A stretch of 35,018 bases of DNA from an uncultured Burkholderiaceae bacterium (lineage in GTDB: Bacteria; Pseudomonadota; Gammaproteobacteria; Burkholderiales; Burkholderiaceae_C), in contig CAZSPW010000003.1 in assembly GCA_964608575.1 (NCBI GenBank), positions 1-35,018 of the forward strand, given 5' to 3'. This document shows, piece by piece, positions 1 through 7,939 of the stretch. A model generated the notes under the pieces. The model was not told the DNA's origin and did not search any database. It saw nothing but the letters and a program-made list of their open reading frames with translations. A program made the position numbers and the translations under genes. Numbering within the stretch: position 1 is the stretch's first letter; every line of letters begins with the position of its first letter.

Positions 1-263
1 GCTGTGCATTATTGTAATTGCGCACTGTCGCCTGCGGCGCTAACCATGCGGGCCTTTGTGCGATAATCGCAGGCTTTTTCCTCGTTGGTGTCAGTCTATT
101 GGGCTGGCATCTATGCGCGCTGCTGCCTGTATAGGGTTTCTGCGCGGGAACCTTGAGAGGACAAGGGGCGGCACTAGGTACTTAATGAGGTACTTATCTA
201 GCCCAGCCTGTAGTTCTCGATATTATTTTTTATCCCTTTTCATTAAAGGAATTCATCATGGCC

Positions 264-398
264 ATGAAACGCACTTACCAACCGTCAAAAACTCGCCGCG
301 CACGCACGCATGGTTTTTTGGTTCGCATGAAAACCAAAGGCGGCCGCGCAGTGATTAATGCGCGTCGCGCCAAAGGTCGCAAACGCTTGGCCGTCTAA
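264..398 (+). CDS. rpmH: 50S ribosomal protein L34
   Basis: Absent from the ORF track because it is under 60 aa. ATG at 264 (alternative in-frame ATG at 258) follows AAGGA. It translates to [44 protein letters not shown] with TAA at 396-398, the near-invariant L34 sequence. It heads the conserved rpmH-rnpA-yidD-yidC order. Confidence 0.95.
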   Translation: MKRTYQPSKTRRARTHGFLVRMKTKGGRAVINARRAKGRKRLAV

Positions 399-424
399 GG
401 TCAGCCTAGGCTAGGGCTTGGCTC

Positions 425-970
425 TTGGCTTTTTGCGCTTTGACCTTTAGTACACCCACGCCCAGCTGCTCCGCTAGCGAAGTTCTCGCTGGCCTTGCTG
501 CGCCTGTGCTTGTGCCTATTCCTAAGTTTGAAGAGTTTCAAACCGTTATGCGTTCAGGCCAGCGCTATAGCAGTGAGCACTTTATGTTGCACTGCGCTCC
601 GCGTCAGGGGGCTTGTCCAGCTCAGGCGACTGGAGCTGTTGGTGTCAACCGCATAGGCGCATTGCTGCCCAAACGCTGGGCAAAAAAAGCTGTGCGGCGC
701 AATGCGCTACGGCGTCAGATCTATGCCCTAGCGCAGCAAGGTTTACCTGTGCTGGCGCAAGCTATTGGTCAGCCTTTGGATTGTGTCGTGCGCTTGCGCG
801 CGGCTTGGCCTGCAACTGCATTTATTAGTGCTAGTTCACCGGCTTTCAAGCAAAGCGTGGCGGCTGAATTGGCGGCACTATTTGCTTTGGCACAACGCAA
901 AGCGCGGTCTTTTGCGCCAGCTAGTGCGCCACTTCATACAAAGCAGTCAACAGGCGCAGCTAAGGATTAA
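425..970 (+). CDS. rnpA: Ribonuclease P protein component
   Basis: Track ORF 425-970. It lies directly after rpmH. The core FEEFQTVMRSGQRYSSEHFMLH resembles the RnpA N-terminal motif. The start is uncertain: TTG at 425 is the longest option, and GTG at 506 or 512 would give a more typical length. Confidence 0.8.
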   Translation: MAFCALTFSTPTPSCSASEVLAGLAAPVLVPIPKFEEFQTVMRSGQRYSSEHFMLHCAPRQGACPAQATGAVGVNRIGALLPKRWAKKAVRRNALRRQIYALAQQGLPVLAQAIGQPLDCVVRLRAAWPATAFISASSPAFKQSVAAELAALFALAQRKARSFAPASAPLHTKQSTGAAKD

Positions 971-983
971 GGTCAGCTTCCCT

Positions 984-1292
984 ATGTTGCCCCACTCTGC
1001 CCCTAGCACCCAGTCGCCGCGTCTTCTAGCGCGTGCGCTGATGCTGGCGCTGCGTGCTTATCAGGTTTTTATCAGCCCTAGTCTGGGCAGCAACTGCCGT
1101 TTTACTCCTAGCTGTTCGAGTTATGGCCTGCAGGCCTTGGCACAGCATGGCGCTCTTAAAGGCAGCTATTTAACCGCGCACCGCTTAGGGCGCTGCCACC
1201 CTTGGTGTGCTGGCGGTGAAGACCCCGTTCCTGAACAATGGACGGGGCCACGACTTTTTACCCGTTTTTTCCACGATAAGACCGCACCATGA
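984..1292 (+). CDS. yidD: Membrane protein insertion efficiency factor YidD
   Basis: Internal ATG at 984 of track ORF 765-1292. It contains YQVFISPSLGSNCRFTPSCSSYGLQALAQHGALKGSYLTAHRLGRCHPW, the YidD signature. Its stop overlaps the yidC start (ATGA at 1289-1292). Confidence 0.85.
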   Translation: MLPHSAPSTQSPRLLARALMLALRAYQVFISPSLGSNCRFTPSCSSYGLQALAQHGALKGSYLTAHRLGRCHPWCAGGEDPVPEQWTGPRLFTRFFHDKTAP

Positions 1293-3073
1293 ACGATATG
1301 CGCCGCTCCATTTTGTGGGTTGTTTTTGCTTTTTCCCTCATCATGCTGTGGGATAAATGGCAGATCCACAATGGCAAATCTGCCACTTTCTTCCCCGATC
1401 CGCAGGCGCAAACTGCCACGCAAACGGCTACTCCTAGCCCTGCCGCCAGTGCGCAAACGGCTGTAGATTTGGGCGTGCCGGCGTCTAGTGCGGCAGCAGC
1501 TATCGACGCTGCTATTCCTGCAGACACCACAGTGGCTGCAAGTGCAGCGATTCCAACATCGGCCAGCGCGCCGGCACAAAGCAATTTGGTGCGTAGCAGC
1601 GATAGTGCGCCTGCAACAGCGCCTGTGCCCCAAGCCAGCGCGCCGATTGTGGTGGAAAGCCAAGACTTGCGCCTGAGCTTTTCTCCCATTGGTGGGCGCT
1701 TGGTGCGCGCTGAGTTACCGCACTACGCAGGCATAGGCGAAAAAGCCAATAGCCCCGCACGGATGGTCTTGTTTGACGAAACCGCAGGAGAGCGCATTTA
1801 TCGCGCCGAAACAGGCCTGACCAATGTGCCGGGCATCAACCACATGACGCCTATGCAGGTGAGTGTCAGCAAAAATGGCACTGATACTTTGGTGCGTTTT
1901 GTTTCGCCTGAAGTGGGCGGCATCAAGATGGTGCAAACCTATACCTTGCCAGCCCAAGGTTATGCCTTAGGGGTGCGCCACGAAGTTTTTAATCAGGGAC
2001 AAGCGGCGATTGCGCCCCAGCTCTATCTGCAGCTCACGCGTGATGGCAACAAGCCGCCTGGGGATTCGATTTTCTATAGCACCTTTACAGGCCCAGCTTT
2101 CTATAGCGCGGAGAAAAAATACCAAAAGGTTGAATTTACTAATATCGACCAAGTCAATGACCCAGATGCCAAGTTTGAGCGCAAAACGGATCAAGGCTAT
2201 GTCGCCATGGTGCAGCACTACTTCGCTAGTGCTTGGCTCCCCGACGATGCAGGCAAAGGCCAAAAAGTAGCGCGCGAGAATTTTGTTAGCAATTTGGGGC
2301 ATAACCTGTATTCGGCTGGTTTGAAAACCCAATTAGCCACCATTGCGCCAGGTCAGCACGCGACTTTTGATAGCCGTTTATTCGTCGGTCCGCAGCAAGA
2401 GGAAATGCTAGAGGCGATTTACCCTGGTTTGGAGGCGGTGAAGGATTACGGCATTTTTACTATTTTTGCCAAACCTTTATTTTTACTGATGACGCTGCTG
2501 CACAGCCTGCTACACAACTGGGGCTGGACGATTGTTGCCCTGGTGGTGGTGCTCAAAGCCGCGCTGTACTGGCTCAACGCCAAAGCCTATGGCAGCATGG
2601 CCAAGATGAAGGCGGTGACACCACGCATCACAGAAATGCGTGAACGCCTGAAAGACAATCCGCAGCAAATGCAAATGGAGATGATGAAAATCTACCGCGA
2701 GGAGAAGGTCAATCCCATAGGCGGTTGTCTGCCGATGTTGATTCAAATCCCAATTTTTATGGGTTTGTATTGGGTGATTTTGTCCTCGGTGGAATTCCGT
2801 GGCGCACCTTGGTTGGGCTGGATTACTGATTTGTCAGCGCGCGATCCTTGGTTTATTTTGCCGCTGTTGATGACGGTCACCAGTTTGCTGCAAGTGTGGC
2901 TCAATCCCACGCCACCCGATCCTATGCAGGCGAAGCTGATGTGGTTTATGCCACTGGCCTTTAGCGTGATGTTCTTCTTCTTCCCATCTGGCTTGGTGCT
3001 CTATTGGCTGTCGAACAATATCTTATCCATCGCCCAGCAATGGGTGATCAATAAACGCTTAGGTGTGAACTAA
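1289..3073 (+). CDS. yidC: Membrane protein insertase YidC
   Basis: 594 aa. It has an N-terminal TM segment, a large periplasmic domain and a C-terminal 60 kDa-insertase core (KMKAVTPRITEMRERLKDNPQQMQMEMMKIYREEKVNPIGGCLPMLIQIPIFMGLYW). Position after rnpA-yidD fits. Confidence 0.95.
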   Translation: MNDMRRSILWVVFAFSLIMLWDKWQIHNGKSATFFPDPQAQTATQTATPSPAASAQTAVDLGVPASSAAAAIDAAIPADTTVAASAAIPTSASAPAQSNLVRSSDSAPATAPVPQASAPIVVESQDLRLSFSPIGGRLVRAELPHYAGIGEKANSPARMVLFDETAGERIYRAETGLTNVPGINHMTPMQVSVSKNGTDTLVRFVSPEVGGIKMVQTYTLPAQGYALGVRHEVFNQGQAAIAPQLYLQLTRDGNKPPGDSIFYSTFTGPAFYSAEKKYQKVEFTNIDQVNDPDAKFERKTDQGYVAMVQHYFASAWLPDDAGKGQKVARENFVSNLGHNLYSAGLKTQLATIAPGQHATFDSRLFVGPQQEEMLEAIYPGLEAVKDYGIFTIFAKPLFLLMTLLHSLLHNWGWTIVALVVVLKAALYWLNAKAYGSMAKMKAVTPRITEMRERLKDNPQQMQMEMMKIYREEKVNPIGGCLPMLIQIPIFMGLYWVILSSVEFRGAPWLGWITDLSARDPWFILPLLMTVTSLLQVWLNPTPPDPMQAKLMWFMPLAFSVMFFFFPSGLVLYWLSNNILSIAQQWVINKRLGVN

Positions 3074-3104
3074 ACGCACTGGAGGCAGGGCCATACAAAG
3101 CACC

Positions 3105-3137
3105 AAAAAAGCCTTACGATGAAGTAAGGCTTTTTTT
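3105..3137. terminator. Bidirectional intrinsic terminator between convergent yidC and the phosphodiesterase gene
   Basis: Perfect 13-bp stem AAAAAAGCCTTAC (3105-3117) / GTAAGGCTTTTTT (3124-3136) with loop GATGAA. The A-run and T-run flanks allow termination in both directions. Confidence 0.8.
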
Positions 3138-3148
3138 GTATTAAATTC

Positions 3149-3189
3149 GGGTTTTATGCCGCCAAAACTGCCTGAGCAGCTATTTTTTT
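3149..3189 (+). repeat. Interspersed repeat, copy 1 (core CTGCCTGAGCAGCT)
   Basis: GGGTTTTATGCCGCCAAAACTGCCTGAGCAGCTATTTTTTT. It starts 12 bp after the yidC terminator and abuts the stop codon of the phosphodiesterase gene. It matches copy 2 (reverse-complemented) at 33 of 40 positions. Confidence 0.75.
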
Positions 3190-4009
3190 AAGAGTGAATA
3201 ATTTGCCCGCATTGCAAATGGCTGAGCGGATGCGTGGCCAAGATTTGGGCTAAGTCTGCGTGCTGCTTGGCTAAGTGCTGAACTTCTGTTTGAATTTGCT
3301 GCGCTTGTGCAGGCTTGGCATGGGTGAGGTAAATCGGATAGCTGGAATCGGGCGCGATTTGTTGCAGCTCGGCGGCCAAACTGCTGGGTGATAAATGCAA
3401 GGCCGCACGCGCCAAATGGGCTTCTTGATTGCTAAAAGCCGTTTCTAGAACAAGGCCAGCTACGGCGATGTGTTTTAGACGCTGCCACAATTTAGGATTG
3501 GGGCCTGTGTCGCCCGTATAGATAAATGCAGGGGATCCCGCTTGGGCGCGCACCGCATAGCCAACAGCAGGTATAGCGTGCTCGGCTGGTAAGACTTCAA
3601 TCTCATAAGGCAGATCGGAAAAGGCGATGTTCTGCCCTGTTTGTACAGGGATGAGTTCTAGCACGGGTGCTGTGCGTGTAGGCAGTGCCGTGAAATCAGG
3701 CCAAATTTCGCGGTTAAAAATATGTTTGCGCAAGGCGTGTATGGTCGCGGCTAGTCCATATACCCGCACAGGGGGGCGCTGCTGCTGGCTACGGCGAGCC
3801 ATGATAGTGTCTAAAAACAGGGGTAAGGCAGCAATATGATCTAGGTGCGCGTGGGTCAGAAAAATATGATCTATAGCTAACATTTGCTCTAGGCGAAGTT
3901 GTCCTAAACCCGTGCCAGCGTCTAGCGCAATGGCGCTGTCTATCAGAAAGGCGCTGGTATATGCGCCTTGCGCAATCGCGCCAGAGCAACCTAGAACTTG
4001 TATTTGCAT
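3188..4009 (-). CDS. Metallo-beta-lactamase-fold 3',5'-cyclic-nucleotide phosphodiesterase (class II type)
   Basis: 273 aa. N-terminus MQIQVLGCSGAI..FLIDSAIALDAGTG and HxHxDH motif LTHAHLDHI are typical of class II cAMP phosphodiesterases. The start lies 13 bp after the stop of the adenylate cyclase gene. Confidence 0.7.
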   Translation of the reverse strand: MQIQVLGCSGAIAQGAYTSAFLIDSAIALDAGTGLGQLRLEQMLAIDHIFLTHAHLDHIAALPLFLDTIMARRSQQQRPPVRVYGLAATIHALRKHIFNREIWPDFTALPTRTAPVLELIPVQTGQNIAFSDLPYEIEVLPAEHAIPAVGYAVRAQAGSPAFIYTGDTGPNPKLWQRLKHIAVAGLVLETAFSNQEAHLARAALHLSPSSLAAELQQIAPDSSYPIYLTHAKPAQAQQIQTEVQHLAKQHADLAQILATHPLSHLQCGQIIHS

Positions 4010-4022
4010 GATCGGCGCCTTT

Positions 4023-6332
4023 TCATACCAAAGGCGAGTATTTACTCGGACCCATTACGGCAATTCCTTGCCAATCCTTACTCTGTGGATCACGGCGCAG
4101 CAAGTGTAGGCGTTCAGCGTAAAGAGCGTAAAGCTTAGACTTGGGCCGCTTGCGTGTGAGGTTAAACAATAATAGCTCGGCTTGTTCAATTTGCCCATCG
4201 CGATAGGCTTGAAGAAATTGCCGCCAGGTAGCCAATTCTTGCTGCTTAACTGGATCTAGGGCGTTGCGCCGTGCTACGGGTGTGAAAATACGCTCGGGAG
4301 CTTTTCTGCCCTTGACTTGTACTAAATCCAGCTCTTGCCAAACCCAAATAGGATTGCGGTCTTTGACAGCTTGTGTGGTGATGATATCCACGCCATATAA
4401 ACGGCTAAGTGGCTCAATTCGGGCTGCTAAATTTACCTCATCGCCGATCACTGTGTACGCTTGTCTTAGTTCTGTGCCCATATTGCCTACGCACATATTG
4501 CCTGTATTTAAGGCGATGCTGACGCCCAAGCCGCCTTGGTCTGCCGTCATCAGCTGCGCAGCTTGTAGGTCAGCCTGCACAGCAGGCAAGGATGCGATCA
4601 TGTCGATGGCGCATGCTAAAGCTTGTTCAGCATGTGCTGGCATGTCCATGGGTGCGCCCCAGAAGGCCATGACACAATCGCCTATATATTTGTCTATAGT
4701 GCCGCCGTGTTGGCTGATGGTTTTGGTGAAGTGCCCAAATATCCGGTTGAGCATGGTCTGTACCTGTACGGGGTCTGCGCCCTCGGCAATTTTGGTAAAG
4801 CCGCGTAAATCACAGAACATCACGGTCAGGTCGCGATTGCGCGCTTGCATACTGTAGTGCTTTGGATCTAAGAGCATCTGGTCTACCAACTCAGACGGTA
4901 CATAGCTGCCGAACAGCTTGGCTAAATCGCGTTTAGATCGATTGGTAACAAAGTAACCGTAGCCTAAGTGCAGTAGCAGTGTGCTCACAATCAGTAGCAA
5001 TAAGGACGCGATCGGTAGCACCAAGTGCGCAGTCAAATACAGCCAAGTATTTAGGCCGATGACAAATGCTAGTAAAACAACGCAGAAGACGATGCTGCGT
5101 GTAAGGCTGAGCACGGGCAGGAAAGCCAGCAATAAGCAGCTAATCAGTATCAGCAGAAACAACTCATAGCCCAAGGCGTAATCTGGGCGCACAGGGATAT
5201 TGCCCTCTAAGAAGCCGGCTAAAACATTAGCGTGCACCTCCACCCCTGGATAAGCATCGCCCACGGGTGTAGTACGCAAATCGAGTAAGCCTGGCGCGGT
5301 AGTGCCCAGCAGAACCAATTTGTTTTTCAAACTGGCGCTTGGTGTGCGTTCTTTGAGGATGTCGCTGGCAGAAAAGTAGGCAAAAGAACCGCCCTCTGGG
5401 CCACCAAGCCCGCGAAATGGGACGGTAGTGGCCACTTGGTCATCGACAGGAATGCTGGCCTTGCGGCCTTGAGGGTAGTTCAATTCAATATGCGTGAGGT
5501 GCTGGTATTTACGCCCTAAAAATCGTTCTTTTGGAAATACAGCTTGTACTTTAGGCTGGCCAGAGGCCAAGCGCAGCATCGCCAGGGGTAGGGATTGGTA
5601 GTACTGGCCATCGTATTCGGCCACCAGCGGCATGGTGCGCACCACACCATCGCCTGAATTCAGGGCGTTAAAAAAACCGGCGCTGGGCGCGGCTTGTGCA
5701 AAAAGTGCTAAGTTCGCACCATAACCGTTCCAAGTGCTGATGCGGATCCGGCGATTTTGCATGTCTGCAGAGGTGAAAACGGGGGCTGGTAATTGGCCAT
5801 TTTTCTCACCTTGACGATCGCTGGTGAAGTAATACCCCAACACCACAGGGTAACGCGCGAGTGCTTGTGCAAATTGGGCATCCCAATCCAATTGTGGGCG
5901 CAGTTGCTGTACGCGTGCGACAAATGCCTCTTGGTCAGCTAATTCACCTTGTGCTAGCTTTTCCAGCATAGCAAGGCCTGAACTGGTATCGCTTTCGGCC
6001 AAGACCATATCAATGCCCAAAACAGCAGCGCCTTGCTGCTCAAAGATAGCTTGTAGTAAGCGCAGCATTTCTTGCCGTGACCAAGGCCAGCGGCCAATTT
6101 CGGCTAGGCTTTTCTCGTCAATATCGACAATCACAACATCGTCAGACTGCGTTTGTGGCATGGTCAAGCGCAGGCGTACATCGCTGTAATAATGGTCTAA
6201 AGTTTGCAGGCTATGGGGCGTTAGTATTTGGGCGGCCTGCAAAAGCAGCAAGAACAACGGCAGGCACAAAAACAAAATGCGCAACCATTGGCGGCGCATT
6301 TTGCGTAAATAAGATCGGCACAAAGGTCGCAC
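4023..6332 (-). CDS. CHASE2 sensor domain-containing class III adenylate cyclase
   Basis: 769 aa. It has an N-terminal TM segment, then the CHASE2 hallmark IGRWPWSRQEM, then a TM cluster. The cyclase core reads VMFCDLRGFTKIAE, GGTIDKYIGDCVMAFWGAP and YTVIGDEVNLAARIE. The start is uncertain: GTG at 6332 or ATG at 6299. Confidence 0.85.
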   Translation of the reverse strand: MRPLCRSYLRKMRRQWLRILFLCLPLFLLLLQAAQILTPHSLQTLDHYYSDVRLRLTMPQTQSDDVVIVDIDEKSLAEIGRWPWSRQEMLRLLQAIFEQQGAAVLGIDMVLAESDTSSGLAMLEKLAQGELADQEAFVARVQQLRPQLDWDAQFAQALARYPVVLGYYFTSDRQGEKNGQLPAPVFTSADMQNRRIRISTWNGYGANLALFAQAAPSAGFFNALNSGDGVVRTMPLVAEYDGQYYQSLPLAMLRLASGQPKVQAVFPKERFLGRKYQHLTHIELNYPQGRKASIPVDDQVATTVPFRGLGGPEGGSFAYFSASDILKERTPSASLKNKLVLLGTTAPGLLDLRTTPVGDAYPGVEVHANVLAGFLEGNIPVRPDYALGYELFLLILISCLLLAFLPVLSLTRSIVFCVVLLAFVIGLNTWLYLTAHLVLPIASLLLLIVSTLLLHLGYGYFVTNRSKRDLAKLFGSYVPSELVDQMLLDPKHYSMQARNRDLTVMFCDLRGFTKIAEGADPVQVQTMLNRIFGHFTKTISQHGGTIDKYIGDCVMAFWGAPMDMPAHAEQALACAIDMIASLPAVQADLQAAQLMTADQGGLGVSIALNTGNMCVGNMGTELRQAYTVIGDEVNLAARIEPLSRLYGVDIITTQAVKDRNPIWVWQELDLVQVKGRKAPERIFTPVARRNALDPVKQQELATWRQFLQAYRDGQIEQAELLLFNLTRKRPKSKLYALYAERLHLLRRDPQSKDWQGIAVMGPSKYSPLV

Positions 6333-6396
6333 TTATGGTTTTTGGCTTGGAGTTATTGCTTGCGCATCTGTATGTGGCAGCTGGCAAGCGCGCGCA

Positions 6397-7020
6397 TTAT
6401 TCAATGTGGAACTGCATAGTCGTGCCAGCTAACTCCAAAGTGTCGCCAGATTTGAGGGGCTCAGGTTCATTGCCGATGGCGTTACCGTTCAGCAGGGTTT
6501 GACCATCACCATCTACATGTGCCACAACATAGCCGCTGATGCGTTTGGTAATCGCTGCTACAGCGATACCAGGTTTGCCTATGGTGGTAACAACTTTGGT
6601 GAGCGCAACATCGCGCCCCGCTGCGCTGCCAGAAGTAACACGGATGACAGCGTTGCCTGCGGGGGCTGTAGCAGGTGCTGCTGCGGCCGAACCTGGGCGC
6701 ATGATCATGGTGGCATCGTAATTGTTGGCAGGCTCATCGCCAATGAACTTGATTTTGTATTTGCCAATTTCAAGGATGTCGCCATTGTGCAGGCGCTCGC
6801 GTTTAAGCGACTTGCTATTGAGGTATGAGCCATTCGTGCTGTTTAAGTCTTCAGCAAAAAATACGCCTTCGCTACGAATCAAGGCGGCGTGTTCACCGCT
6901 AACGGCTAAATTGTCGATAACTACATCGTTGTAAGGACGCCGACCAATACTGGTACGCTCCTTAGTGAGCTCGACCTCGCGGATGACCACGCCGTCTATT
7001 GAAACAATAAGTTTTGCCAT
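6397..7020 (-). CDS. FHA domain-containing protein (canonical N-terminal FHA plus degenerate C-terminal FHA-like domain)
   Basis: 207 aa. The N-terminal domain carries SIGRRPYNDVVIDNLAVSGEHAAL and NSTNGSYLN, the FHA G-R/S-x-x-H/N-G signature. An Ala/Pro linker follows. The second domain (TIGKPGIAV...LLNGNAI...LKSGDTLELAGTTMQF) has FHA-like spacing but lacks the pThr-binding Arg/Ser/His pattern. Confidence 0.85.
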   Translation of the reverse strand: MAKLIVSIDGVVIREVELTKERTSIGRRPYNDVVIDNLAVSGEHAALIRSEGVFFAEDLNSTNGSYLNSKSLKRERLHNGDILEIGKYKIKFIGDEPANNYDATMIMRPGSAAAAPATAPAGNAVIRVTSGSAAGRDVALTKVVTTIGKPGIAVAAITKRISGYVVAHVDGDGQTLLNGNAIGNEPEPLKSGDTLELAGTTMQFHIE

Positions 7021-7105
7021 GATGAGTCTCGCTGTCTTGTGTCTTGTATCGGGTGTAGCAAAGGGCAGATGCTATAGGTGCTGTGCCACGGGGCGTGGGT
7101 GGAAT

Positions 7106-7906
7106 TTATTTTTTAGAAAACAATTTTCCCAATTGCATTGCTAAGCCCGATCTCTCAGATCCTGGGTGGGCTTGTATGAGCAGTACCGAGATATTATCCC
7201 TGCCGCCTGCTGCGTTGGCAGCATCGATCAAAGTCTGGGCGCGCGAAGTTAAAGAAATGTTGTGATTTCTCAACACCTGTAGCATAGCTTCGGTACTGAT
7301 CATGTCTGATAAACCATCAGAGCAAAAAAGATAGATATCACCGGCTTCGATTGCATGCTCATGGATTTCGGTGTCAACGAAAGGGCCTACGCCCACTGCG
7401 CGCGTGACCAAATTTTTATTGGCTGCAAAAGGCGCTTGTTCAGGTGTGATCAAACCTGCGTCAATTTGCTCTTGCAGCATGGAGTGATCTTTCGTGATTT
7501 GGCTCAGGGTGTCATCTCGCAGTAAATAGGCGCGGGAGTCACCAATATGCCCCAAAATCAGATAGTCCTGCTGTAAAACACCAACGATTAAGGTCGTTCC
7601 CATCCCTTGGTAGCTTGGATTGGTGTTGGCTGCATTGAATACCGATAAATTGGCATTGCCTACGCAAATGGATATGGCTCGCTTAATGTCTGCTAAGTTA
7701 GGCTTTTTGCCTGCTTGCTGTACCCAGCGGCTCAGTTCAGAGTTGAGGAAGGCGGTTGTCATGCCGCTGGCTACTTCGCCTGCGTTATAGCCCCCCATGC
7801 CGTCGGCCAGTACGGCTACGCCCGTTTCAATGGTGTAAGCGACGGAGTCTTCATTGTTTTGGCGCATACGCCCCACATCCGTTAGGGCCGCAAATTCATA
7901 CTTCAT
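7106..7906 (-). CDS. PP2C-family Ser/Thr protein phosphatase (Stp1-like)
   Basis: 266 aa. Motifs LTDVGRMRQNNEDS, LADGMGGYNAGEVAS, IGDSRAYL and FCSDGLSD match PP2C/PPM metal-binding motifs. Confidence 0.9.
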   Translation of the reverse strand: MKYEFAALTDVGRMRQNNEDSVAYTIETGVAVLADGMGGYNAGEVASGMTTAFLNSELSRWVQQAGKKPNLADIKRAISICVGNANLSVFNAANTNPSYQGMGTTLIVGVLQQDYLILGHIGDSRAYLLRDDTLSQITKDHSMLQEQIDAGLITPEQAPFAANKNLVTRAVGVGPFVDTEIHEHAIEAGDIYLFCSDGLSDMISTEAMLQVLRNHNISLTSRAQTLIDAANAAGGRDNISVLLIQAHPGSERSGLAMQLGKLFSKK

Positions 7907-7939
7907 ATATTCAAAGTGTTAGGGCGGGGTGGGGTGGGT

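Noticed and set aside
1-257. Possible oriC or DnaA boxes upstream of rpmH. Near-matches are TGTGCATTA at 3-11 and TTATCCCTT at 230-238.
   Set aside because: I found only two or three sites, each with at least 2 mismatches to TTATCCACA. There is no AT-rich unwinding element or box cluster. dnaA itself is outside the window, so the evidence is insufficient.
56-358. 100-aa track ORF overlapping the rpmH start region.
   Set aside because: It is in a different frame from the unmistakable L34 reading frame (264-398). It has no Shine-Dalgarno sequence and an Arg/Cys/Ser-rich composition typical of off-frame translation.
1394-1645. Ala/Ser/Pro/Thr-rich low-complexity segment of about 84 aa after TM1 of YidC, and a similar N-terminal tract in NrdB (34445-34610).
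   Set aside because: Variable low-complexity linkers at these positions are common lineage-specific features of these proteins. No repeat unit or additional domain is discernible.
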